Positions 39,801 through 51,500 of a DNA stretch of 64,000 nt are shown here, one piece after another (the stretch's first letter is position 1; each line of letters opens with the position of its first letter). Source of the DNA: Azolla caroliniana (lineage: Eukaryota; Plantae; Polypodiophyta); assembly GCA_043228905.1 (NCBI GenBank), contig JBHGNT010000011.1:3286001-3350000 (forward strand), given 5' to 3'. Made by a program: the position numbers and the translations under genes. Below the pieces are notes generated by a model. That model was not told where the DNA came from and made no database searches. It was given only the letters and a program-made list of their open reading frames with translations.

Positions 39801-42560
39801 GCATTGGTTAGGCCAAACGGCATAACAGTATACTCGAAATGCCCATACCGCGTGCGAAAGGCGGTCTTCCACTCATCTCCCGGTCGGATCCGCACGAGAT
39901 TATACGCTCCTCGTAGGTCGATTTTAGTAAAAAACTTGGCACCATTAACTCGCTCTAAAAGACTTGATATAAGAGGAAGTGCATACCTATTCCGGATGGT
40001 GACTTTATTCAATCGCGGTAATCAACGACAAGACGAAGTGAGCCATCTTTCTTCTTGACAAAGAAGATGGGTGCACCGGCCGGAGATTTCGAATGACGGA
40101 TGAACCCGCTTGCCAAGTTCTCCTCTATGTAGGCTCGAAGGACTTCTAACTCGGTGGGTGACAAGTTGTAAATTGGTCCCCATGGTGGCCCGGTTCCTGG
40201 TTGTAAATCAATGGGACAGTCATAGGGACGGTGATGAGGAAGGGTACCGGCCTTTACCTTGTCAAATACATCGGCATAAGGATGATATTTTGCCAGAAGT
40301 TGTACTGAGGAGTCCTTCTTAATAGTGCTGGAAGGATGTACTGATATGGCAAATAGGAACATTGCCTCCTTGGGTCCTTCTTCGCGTAGTTGATGGAGTG
40401 AAATGGTCGAAACTCGGTGAGTTGATTCTTGGGGTGGTCGATATCGGACTTCTCTTGTTCTCCAATCTATGGCTGGATTATGTAATTCAAGCCAAGGTAA
40501 TCCTAGGACAATGGGATGCTTTGGACTACTAATTATATTAAATGATATTATACACACAAAACTACCTAGGACAACTTGAATGGGTTCTGATTCTTCTACA
40601 ATATTCCCGGAAGCAATGGGACGACCATCAATGACCACTACAGATGCGGGACAAGGAAGTTTTCTTAAGGATATCTGAGAAGCTTGTGCAAAATTTCGAT
40701 CCATGAAACAGGAATTAGCTCCGGAATCTAAAAGTGCTAGGATGGGTACTAGGGGAGTACTTTTAGTACTAACAATGACTTGGGCTAGGAACACATTGCT
40801 AACTTGCTTGGAAGGAATGGAACCACTAATGGGCTGTACAGATCTAAGGCTGCTGTCCAACCAAACGGCTCCTATTTTGGCTGGACTCAATCGTTTAACT
40901 CTTCATCTAATTGACTAAGGATTTCAAATTTATTTGAGATACTTGGGCTATTAGTACTATGAATACTATCTGACACTCTATTAGTACTATTAATACTATT
41001 AGACACTCCGAAGGGAAGAATTGACTCGGGTTTAGTACAGGCGACGATTTGATTTACCAGTCTTCTTGGCCTATGGGGACAATTGATGGCGATATGTCCT
41101 AGTCCACCACAATAAAGACATAATCGATTGGCACGTCGTCGTTGCTTTTCTTCTTCCGATAACAGGCCGTGTCGACGCATGGTATCGATCTCCATCGGTG
41201 TCGAAGTATTTGCTTGAGGTATGTCTCGTGCAAACGGTTTAGCCGCGATTGCGGCGTAAATGGGCTCCGGCCTAGAGCGTGGTATCTATAATTGACGTTT
41301 TGAACGTCGTTCGAAAATGCGGTTGTCACATCGAACTGCTCGACTGATTGCCTTCGTAAGAGACTTTGGTTCTTCGGGGAAAGTTAGAAGTAGATCTTTG
41401 ACATCGTTTCGCAAGCCATAGCAAAACTGCTCCATTAGTGCTTGATCATCCTAGGGTATATCTGAAGCAAGTAGGCGGAAATCCGCCGCGTAGGCAGAGG
41501 CTGGACGACCGCCTTGACGCAATCGCCGGATCTTGTTGATCGCTGTCCTGATGCTGTTGGTGTCTCCAAAGCAGGCTTTAAACTCACCAATAAAATCTTC
41601 AAAGTTATTAAGCAAGGGCGAATCTTTTTCTAGAAGCGGAGCGAACCATGCCAAGGCTGAGCCGCTAAGTAGTGTGCCTATTAGGCCGACTCGAGATGCA
41701 TCAATGGGATATCGGGAAGGATGCATCTGGATGACTAAGCGTACCTGATTAAGGAATCCCCGGAATTGCGAACGCGTTCCATCAAATTTCACAGGAAGTC
41801 CAATCTTGGGCTCTTTATGAAATCCTTGGGGACTTGATCCTTGTTGTTGCAACGCTGCTTCGAGTTGTTGTACCTGTAACACTAACTCCCCATGTTGTTG
41901 TTGCGTTTGTTGTTTTTCTAGAGCGATTTGTTGCAGATCCCCTATTAGCCGTTGGTTTTCTTGTTCCAAGGCAACAAACTTTTCTTTTAGGCATTGTAGC
42001 TCGGAGAAAACGGATTGGTATTCCTGGGCGCTAACAGTAGCCATAGTATAGGGAAAAGGGTAGGAGGATGAGGGAGAGTGACAAGTAGGCTGGAGGAAAA
42101 ATTGGTTCAAACTGTCAGGAATAGTACTAAAGCAGAGATGGAATTAGTACTAAAGAACAACAGTACTATTAGTACTAAGAGGACGGGACTGCGTAAGATT
42201 CTCGAGAGAGGAAGTGAGAAGAGGAGAGAGAGAGATAGCGAGAATGAGAGAGAGAGAGAGAGAGATGATGACAACAACTAATATATTATGTGAAAAGATA
42301 AGTACAAGCGGCTAAGAGGCTTAAGACTGGCGTTGAACCAATTTGGTTCAAAACAATGCCTTGTGCCTCCCTTTATAGTGTTTTAAGGAATAATCCTGAA
42401 GCTTCTAGAATGTTCCAGAGAGATCTGGAATATACATCAATTTTCTATGATAAAACATAAATGAAAATAATATCTTACAAAATACAATTCATAATCTAAT
42501 GGTAAGAGCTCGACCCATGTAGCAGAAGGTCATGAGTTCGAGTCTTGCCATATCATAACA
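36862..42560 (-). mobile_element. Element D: near-intact Gypsy chromovirus (Tcn1-like), apparently the youngest insertion
   Basis: LTRs 36862-37307 and 42113-42560 (roughly 97% identical by eye); perfect TSD CTCCG; PPT 37308-37323. Gag 40887-42044, pol 37319-40890 (LLDSGA protease, YLDD RT, RNase H, integrase, chromodomain) with only a few stops or frameshifts. Confidence 0.97.
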
Positions 42561-45429
42561 CTCCGTTGATTTCCTCTCCGGGGCCGAGGACTCTACATGC
42601 CCTGAGTCGTTGTTCTACCTGCTTCTTCTCCCGGCCAACGACGTCGGTTATTGTACAATTTCCATTGTCGGAGAACCAAAACTTCCTACCTATGTTACAG
42701 GTTCTTCTGCCAACTACACACGTGTGGGGTTTTTCTGGAGTGTCCGGACTATCGCGGCCCCACGCCTTGATAGCCCTCTCTAAAAATCCCCTCAGCTTTT
42801 GCCGCCAAGGGTCTCTCGGTTTCGTTCATGGTTCGGTCATATCGTTAGAAACTGGACGGAGTGACGATGGTCCTGGCTCTTGACTCGCGCGTACGCCGAA
42901 TTGTTGTCCAGAACCTTAGTCTCCATTCGCGCCGCTGTGATGTACGATTCCCCGAGTATCACCGGATGCGAGGATGTCTCCTACACAAAGAAGTGTTGAT
43001 CGATCTTGACATCACCGATTTTCACTCATACGTTCGGGCACGCTCCGTGTAGCTCCTCCGTGGCGCGTGTCGCCGCTCGTATTTTCCACCCGTGCTTGGT
43101 GTTGATCGGCCACATGCCCTTCTTGTAAAAGTCCATGGATATCAAGTTGATTTCCGAACTGTGGTCCACCAACACCACCACCGGCGCATGGACATCTCCG
43201 ATCTTAACGGGGTTCTCCGTAGTGGCTCTGGCCCAATGTAGCCTCGAATAGTGGCTTTCCGCCCGAACCGGGTCTCATACCGTTGCAAGGGTCCAATCCC
43301 TCTAGTCTTTCCCGCATGCTTCTCTTCCACCAGAACCTCGTAGTTCTGGCACGCGGCTTCTACGAAGCCCGTCTTTTCTTCGACCGGGTCACTCCACCTG
43401 GTTACCTCCCGGACTCGTCTTTCTGCGCGGTCCGCTTCCTCTTTCCTCAATCGTACGCCGGCGAGGCCTTCTAGCATCAACGGCCAGAACACGGAGTCCT
43501 TCGTCTTCCGGACTTCGTCGATCCCGACCCGGATTCCTACCGACGCCGAGTAGTGGACGGTCTCCGCGTGACGAGCCGCCGCTTCTTGCATCAGCGCTTC
43601 ATTCCCCCTCGTCCAACATTTAGTTCCAGGGCCCTCCTGGTTTCGCTAACGTGTACACGCCCGTTCCACAGGTACGCCACGGTAGACCTTATCGCTTCGG
43701 CGAAATCCCCAGGCGTGGCCGACCGCGTCGCACCACAAGCACCGATGCTCGGCCAGAGGCCTTCGGTCGCGGGCTTGTTCGCCATTGTCCCTTCGTGCCT
43801 GTGCAATCTGGAGGTCCCTCACCATCTGAGTCAGCTTCTCCAGAGCCGCACCTTTGGACGGGCCCTTGACCACGCTGGTTGAAGTCGAACCGGTCTCAAG
43901 CGAATCTCGGGTTTCCTCCCTTCGCACCGGTGGGGGTACCTCGAGCTTCCTTGCCGCAACAGAGCCTGCCCCCGCCGAGCCTTTATCGACCCAATCTCGT
44001 TGTTTGTCGAAACGGACGCAGACTCTCTTCACCATGGCCCAGTCGGCCGTCAGCCCATCGTCGGTCTCCAGCAGGAGGCCCACTTGCTCCCGGTCCCTAA
44101 CGTCCACCGATTTAACAAACAATAGGACACGACTTGTGTCCAGTACGGTCCGGTCCAGCGCCGAAAGACGTGCGAAGCGTTCTTCAAACTCCAGGAGGAG
44201 CACCAATGCGTTTCTCCCCTTTTCGGGGGTCTCCACCCATTCCATGAAGTCCCGCTTCGATACCCGAAGCGCATCATCTAGCTCGTATTTCTCAAGGAGC
44301 CGACCTTCAAATTCTTCCCAGGTCTGGCTCTCAGCCCGTACCTGGAGCACCTCCGCATGGATGCTCGGCATTGCCACCCGAGGGAATCCGGCCAGTCGCC
44401 TGTCCTCCGGAATGTTCCTCATCATCATTTCGGCTCGGTAGGCCGCCAAATAGCTCATGGCGTCCTTTCCGCCAAACCGGCCTATCGTGCCGATGATCGC
44501 TTCAACGGCCCTATCGAGGGTGCCTGTGCCTTTGCGCACACTCACTATCCGATCCACAACTGAAGCCATGACTTCAGCAAGCTCCAATCCCCTCATCTTC
44601 CTATTCCTCTACCGCCTTTCACGTCGGGTTCACCAAATATGTCACGTTATTACGCGTGTGCGTGTACAACGAGGCAGGACCGCAGGGGTCTTGGTCTGAG
44701 GGACAAGAGAGCCGGAGGGGAGCAAGAGAGACAACGGCCGTGCTGACAATGGTCGTGCTTCGCACACGCACAAATACACAGAAACCGCAATTGATTGAGA
44801 CAAGATGAACGTGTGTAGGTGTATATATATATACCAGATAAAAGGGGTTACAACCAGCGGGCCGGTGAGTGACGAGCTCTGATGCCTACATGCACACATG
44901 CACACAAACGCGAGAGGGAGACTCAGCCGGAAGCACTCGGGCATTCCGCGGAGCAGAGTCTGCCTCCCGAAAACCTGCATAGATCAAATACAAAGAAAGA
45001 CAAAGAAGAAGGCCTTGGTCCCAGTTCGTCAGCACTTCGTCCTCGACAAAAGAGATCCCCATTACGATTCCTCTCCCTCTCTTTTATAGCCCAAGGAGGG
45101 AGGCCGTCACAACCCGTTACATCATCTTTATTCTTTGTCCTTTCGGACAGAGATACGCCTCGATTTTCTACCTAACAAATGCGTGCTACCTAGGATATTC
45201 ACATCAACCGACTTGTACCTAAATGTATATATTACAAAAAAACTTGTGCCTACATATAAGGGTCAGTTCGCGCTCATTATTCTCCGATTCCGCCTAGGGA
45301 CAATTTTCTCCACGACAACGGACTCCATAATTGAAGGGGAAAAAGAAAGAAGGAAAAAGAAGAAAGCTTGCTAGGGTTATTGGAAAAGGAAAAAGAAAGA
45401 ATTCGGTTCAAACTGTCGTGTCTCGTGAG

Positions 45430-45497
<68 letters not shown>

Positions 45498-48400
45498 CTT
45501 GAAATGGAAATGAGATTATATTTTGAGGAAACAAGATTACAAAGAGTAGACTAATGGCTAAAGACTGGTGTTGAACTGAATGAATTGTGATGAATGAATG
45601 GACACTTATTTATAGATCCTTATGGAATATTCTAGAATGTTCTAGAATATTTTAGATATTTATGATAATAAATATAATAATCAAATATTCAAGGATGTTC
45701 TAGAATAATATAGAATGTTCTAGAATATTCTAAATATCTTGTAATAACTAAAAATAAAATTATTATAATTACACATCATATATGTTATTACAATGGTTAA
45801 GGGTTCAACACATAGACCAAGAAATTGTGGGTTTGATTCCTGGTTAATGTATGTCTTCATGACAACCGTCTGGTCCAGAGCCAAGGAAAATACATTTCCC
45901 GGACCTTGGTGCAAGCTTTTGGCGATCGTCTTTTGGCACGAGAGCATAAGCCTCGTAGCCGAAAATCCTTAGTTTCTCATAATCCGGTTTTCTGACGATC
46001 CATAATTCTTGAGGAATATGATGTCCCAGAGGTCTACTCGGCGACATATTGATTATGTGTATTGCTGTAAGTAGAGCCTCTACCCAGAAGCCATCTGACA
46101 ATCTGGAGTGGTGGATCATGGACACTATTCATTCTTGAATTGTTCGATTCATCTGTTCAACGATTCTATTTTGCTCTGGACTATGAGGTTTCGTATATTC
46201 ACGCATGATGCTGCGCAATCGGAAAAATTTGGTGAATTCCTCATATCTGAACTCTTACTCGTTATCAATCCGAAGAAATTTTAGTTTTCCACCATGGCGA
46301 GCCATTCGGAAAAGATCGAGAATTCACGATCTTTGGTTTTGGCCGGATAGGCCCACACATTCCGAGTTGAATCGTCGATGAAGTTGACGAAATACAAGGC
46401 ACCACCAAGTGATTGATCTAGCATCGGGCCGCAAACATTTGAATGGACCAAGTCGAGCGAACTCGACTCTCTTGGTGTTGTCGTGGGGTGTGAAGCGGCT
46501 ATTTGTTTACCGTATTAGCAATGCTCAGAAAACTAATTATCGGAGAAGGAGAATTTGGGAATATATCTGGCTCTAATGAATGTGTGACGTTGGCTTTGAT
46601 GAGGTGTCCGAGTCGACCAAGCCATAATGATGACACGGGAATATCAACTAGAAACAAGTCACCCTCTCTAAGTGTGACATATAACGGCTACAATGAATGT
46701 ACTTTCGGACCTCGGGCAAGCAAGAGGTTTCCCCTTTGGTGTGTCCACCCTCCTGATGAGAAGCCAACATGGACGCCATCTTCACTGAGTTGTCCGACCG
46801 AGGTCAACGGTCTTGAGAGCTTAGGCACGTGTCAGACATTATGTAGCACCAATGTGCCGATTCTGATTATAACACAATGTTGCGAATTTCCGATTTAGAC
46901 TGAGTTGGAATGCTGGGCCGAATATTGCCAAAATTGTGATCTATGAGGAGTCACATGGTAGGACACGCCCGAATCCAAGAGGCAAGTGCTTGACTCTTCA
47001 GTCGTAAGCACAACTTCTTATTTGACTGAGTGTTCTATGAACATAATGTTTGCGTCGTCCCTCAATACTTCGGTTGATGAGCCGATGTAATTGACCTATT
47101 CTTGTCGGCTGCCCTTGTGATCAGCTCTCGGAGCTTTATCATTCCTGTCTTTGAGGGCGTGGCAATCAACCTTGATATGTCTGAGTTTCTTGCAATAGTT
47201 GCAAGTTCGATTATCCAGGGACTTGCTCCGGGTTCGCTGATTTTTCGGTAATCAAGAAGAACCTTTCCCACGACTGTTCGGTCGTTCGTTCGAACCTTGT
47301 ACTATGTAGGCATCTTTGGCCGAATCGTTTGCAAACAATTTTCTCTGAGTTGATTTAGTGAAGATTGAGCTTGTGACTTTGGAGTACTTTACTATAGTAG
47401 TCGATGCATTGCACACAGTTGCGACGAAAGTTTCCCATGAAGGGGGGAGACTACTCATTAGCAACATTGCTTTTAGTTTGTCTTCTATTGTCGTCCCTTG
47501 AGCTGAAATTTGGGAGCTTAGGCTTTCGTACTTGTTGAGGTGTGCCTAGAACAAGTCGAATTATTTCATCTGACGATTGTGGAGGTGCCGGATCAGGTAT
47601 ATCTTTGTTGCGGCGACCTTTTTTTAATAAGTATCCGAGAGTGTCTTCCATAATTGGAAGGTCGTTCAACACGATTACACTATGAAGTACACTGACTCCA
47701 ACAAGTGCATCTGAAGGGTGGTGCGGACGATTTGGTCCAACTTCGTCCACTCATTTAGCCTATATCCTTCTAGAGCATTTTCAGTCTTGATTGGGTTGAT
47801 CTGACCCTCGACTATCAGATAGTCTTACATCTGATCCTTCCAGAAGTTGAAGTTCGATCCGTCGAACTTCCTTAGACTCATCTCTAATGAGCTCGATGTT
47901 GATGTCATCTATGTCGGCTTGTACTTCAAGAGTGATTTAGTCTAGGTGTTTCTCCTCAAGAAGAAGGATCTTGTAGAGAATTGTTGGCCGAAACATTTTA
48001 GTCCACTGAAATATTAGATTATGTTCCAACAAAAAAATCAACAGAAGGTTCTTCAAAGGTTTCTAGAGGGGTGTTGATAGAGACAGGATGACAACCTGCA
48101 ATAGAATCAAAGACGCCAATCTCTGATACCATATGTTGGAGACTAAGACCGTCAATTTGGGGAAACAAGGATCAACAACTTTGTGAAGTACAACAAGATG
48201 AACAAAACACACGACCAATCGACAAAGTGAGAGGGGGAGAGAGAGACTCAGAGGCACACAATATATAACTTGTATTATTCAAAATGGCAACCGTAACAAT
48301 GAACAACCATAACAACTAGGTTACAAGAGTCAGTTTAAATACCAATTGACTTGGGCAACTACCCTTTCCAATATTTATATAAATATTTACAATCGTACAT

Positions 48401-48587
48401 GCATTCCTTGATCTACGATTTGTTCGACCGATACCAGTTCTTGGTGATCATTGATACATGCAAGACATTCTTTAGGCAGCCCCTCTCGCCAACATGGTTC
48501 TAGGGTACATCACCAACATACTTGATGGTATGGATTGTGTCATCGCCGGTTTCCACTAATTCCGGTTGTTCAAGCTCCCATAATTCC

Positions 48588-51500
48588 GGTTGAGAACCTT
48601 TGCAACCGACATCAGCATCTGAAGACAAATCCTAAGACCTGGTAAGAACAGAAAGAGAAGTGATGGATAGAGGAATGGCTAGATCGCTCCCAGTGGAGAA
48701 GCTCGACAGATCCAACTATGCATCTTGGTCATACAAGATGCACCAGTACCTGCTTGGGCATGGTTACTGGAGCTATGTTGATGGAGCTAACGACACAGCA
48801 CCTGATGCGGCACACAAGGACTTCCTAGTGTGGGAACAAGCGGCAAGCAAAGTGATGTACTGCTTTGCGTCTAGTGTCGGAGACTAGCTGCTGAGCCATG
48901 TCGGAGATGCCAAGATGCCAAAAGAAGCTTGGGGAAACCTGAAGAAGGTTTTTGCAGCAAGCACTATGGCCCGGAAGCTGCAACTCCGATAAGAGTTGAG
49001 CAATGTCCGACAGAAGGACCTGTCGATAGCCGATTACACGGCCCGAATCAAAGAGATTTGTGACTCACTTGCCTCTATCAACGTCACTGTAGAGGAAGAT
49101 GAGATGGTGCAGATCTGTCTTGGGGGCCTAGCGTCTAAGTTCGGAGCATTTCGAATGACGATATGTACAAGGGAGAATACGCCGTCATTTTTCGACTTAC
49201 GATCGATGCTCCTTGTAGAGGAGAATCACGTCGGTGCGTCAACAAGTGCACCCACCGATAGCCAGATGATGTACACGGAGGCGAATCGGCCCCGTGGGCG
49301 TGGTGGACGAGGCGGGTGGGCTCGCAATGGTAGCGGCCGGCAAGAGCAGGACCAAAGGCATAGAGAACGTGTCAATAGTAGTTTTGGACCCTGTACAAGC
49401 AGGGGGAGTCAAGGCGGCGCCGGAGGCCGGCAAGCAAAGGCCGACACAGAATGTTGGTACTGTGGTAAAAGGGGCCACAAAGAAAGCGAGTGCTGGAAGA
49501 AGCGCACTGATTCGTACAGATCCGGATCCGGCAAGGCCGGCAGAGAAAACCGGCAATACTCGCACTACGCAGAAGGATCAGGAGGATCCAAAACCTGAAA
49601 AGCCGATAAAGGTCCAGCCTTGGTGATGAAATACGAGGCTAACTTGATGAAGAAGACCACTTCCAAATCGAAGGAAGTGTGGTACGTTGATTCCGGTGCG
49701 TCGAATCACATGACAAGCCACAAAGAGTGGTTCTCTTTCTTGGAGAAACCGGAACAACCGGGAGTCATCGAAACCGGAGACGACACTCCTCACCCAATCA
49801 TGCATGTCGGAGAAGTCCCTTTGAGCCACGTCGGACAGAGGGGGAAACTAATGAATGTATTACATGATCCGACTATCACGAAGAACCTGGTGTCAGTCAG
49901 TCAGATCGTTGACCAGGGGATGTAGGTGCGGTTTACGCACCTTGGGTGGTTCATCGAGGAAAAGGGCCAGATTATTGTGCAAGGGCGCAGAGATGGGAGC
50001 ATGTTCATCCGCGACACCAATGACGTTGGCACCGCTTTGTTCGCCAAAGGATAGAAGATTGAATCGGATATTGATCTCTGGCACAAGCGGATTGGCCACA
50101 TCAATTACCGAAGGCTTCAAGACCTGCAAACGAAACAAGTTGTTCTCAGTTAGCCGAAGTTCAGTGACCAAAAGGCCCAAATATGTGAAGCCTGCCAACT
50201 CGGGAAGCAACACCGCCTTCCATTTCCCACCGAATGAAACCGTAGCCGTAACAAGCTCAATGTTATTCATTCGGATGTATGAGGACCGGCACAAAACATT
50301 AGTCTTGGCGGGAGTCGATACTTCGTCTCCTTCATTGACGACTACAACCAGCACACATGGATCTACCTCATTGAGCGGAAGAGCGAAGTCTTCGAGTGTT
50401 TCCGAAACCTGCAAAACTTGGTTGAACGGGAAACGGAGAGGAAGATGAAATGCCTGCGGTCGGTTGGCGGAAAAGAATATGTTTCCGGCCAATTCAATAG
50501 TTATCTATAGCAAAAAGGAATTCGGAGAGAGTTCAGCTGCAGATACACACCGGAGCAAAACGGTGTGGCCGACAGGAAGAACCGGTCGATTATCGATGCG
50601 GCAAGGGCGATGCTAGAGGAGAAGAGCATGCCCAAATTCTACTAGGCTGAGGCAGTCCGGACAGCCGTCTATATCCAAAACCGGATCGGTGACAAGGTGT
50701 CCGCGCATGAGCTGTATTTTGGGCACAAGACGAATTTGAGACACCTTCGGATATTTGGTAGTATTGCATATGTGCATGTACCGGATGAGAAACGGAGGAA
50801 GTTGGATGCAAAGTCGGAGAAATGCATCCTAGTCGGTTACTCGCATGAGCAAAAGGGGTATAAGTGTTATAACCCCCGGACGAAGCAGGTCCGAGTAAGC
50901 CGAGATGTTGAGTTTGATGAGACGACATCATGGTATGCCTTACCAGCTCTGACTTCCGACCCCGACCCGATACTGGAGGATGAGGCTAGTGAGCCTGAAC
51001 CGGTCCAGTTAGAAGACAAAGGGTTCGAGACTCTAGATTAGAGTCTAGAATCATTTCGGCTGAGTGGGCCGAACAAGCGGCTAAGTCAGGATGACCAATC
51101 AGATGAGGAACCGGCGAGTAGTGGAGACTCTCCCGTGCTCTCACCGCACAAGGAACCGAGGACACGGTTCACGCGCAAAGAGAAGGGGAAGAAGAAGATG
51201 CCGGATATGAAACCGGCAACGTTGAGTCGGATCAGAGCGAATCTGACTCCGGTAAGGAATAAAGCGGATCTTTGGGAACAAAGTTTGAACCGGCCAAGAA
51301 GGGCCTCAAACCGGGTAACGATAAATTATGCCGGTCTTCTTGCCAGAAGAACCCCGTGAAGCGGTACGGGTACAATGAGTACATGGCGCATCACTATGCG
51401 TACATGACCAAGGTGGCGGAAGTGCATGAGCCGGAGAGCTACGTAGAAGCGGCAAAGGACGCAAATTGACGTGCCGCTATGGAGGAAGAAATGCGGCCAC

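Larger units (their letters stand above)
33945..45317 (-). mobile_element. Element I: non-chromovirus-like Gypsy with tRNA-Trp PBS and 4-bp TSD, inserted at the start of C gag
   Basis: 5' LTR 44640-45317; partial 3' LTR 33945-~34380 (a deletion fuses integrase to mid-LTR). TGTCGTG...CACGACA ends, TSD ACGG. PBS TGGTGAACCCGACGTGA 44619-44635. Gag 43646-44596, protease about 43.15 kb, RT (DLYSGYDQF) 36.0-36.5 kb, RNase H, integrase zinc finger 35.05-35.25 kb. Confidence 0.9.
22544..45864 (-). mobile_element. Element C: Gypsy chromovirus (Tcn1-like) with a three-LTR tandem structure, host of elements E and I
   Basis: LTRs 45414-45864 and 22928-23376 plus a terminal LTR fragment 22544-~22620. PPT 23377-23391. 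Degenerate 5-bp TSD GTCGT/ACCGT. Gag is split at 45.32, 33.45-33.94 and 25.84-26.47 kb; protease and N-terminal RT are deleted; RNase H, integrase and chromodomain (EYEVVAILDSKIIRNKPYYLVD) at 23369-25800. Lineage name is inferred from architecture. Confidence 0.9.
20417..48385 (-). mobile_element. Element B: Ty1/Copia element split by a 23-kb nested insertion
   Basis: 3' LTR 20417-20735 with adjacent PPT; 5' LTR 48134-~48385 (truncated) with PBS TGGTATCAGAG. RT/RNase H at 21.0-22.2 kb; integrase, protease and gag at 45.87-47.9 kb. The reading frame GPDG|EIGYRL*DP rejoins across 45865/22543. Confidence 0.9.

Noticed and set aside
43854-44441. Long antisense ORFs over gag of I (and similar ones over A and G)
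   Set aside because: Expected shadow ORFs in GC-rich TE coding sequence, with no independent motif.
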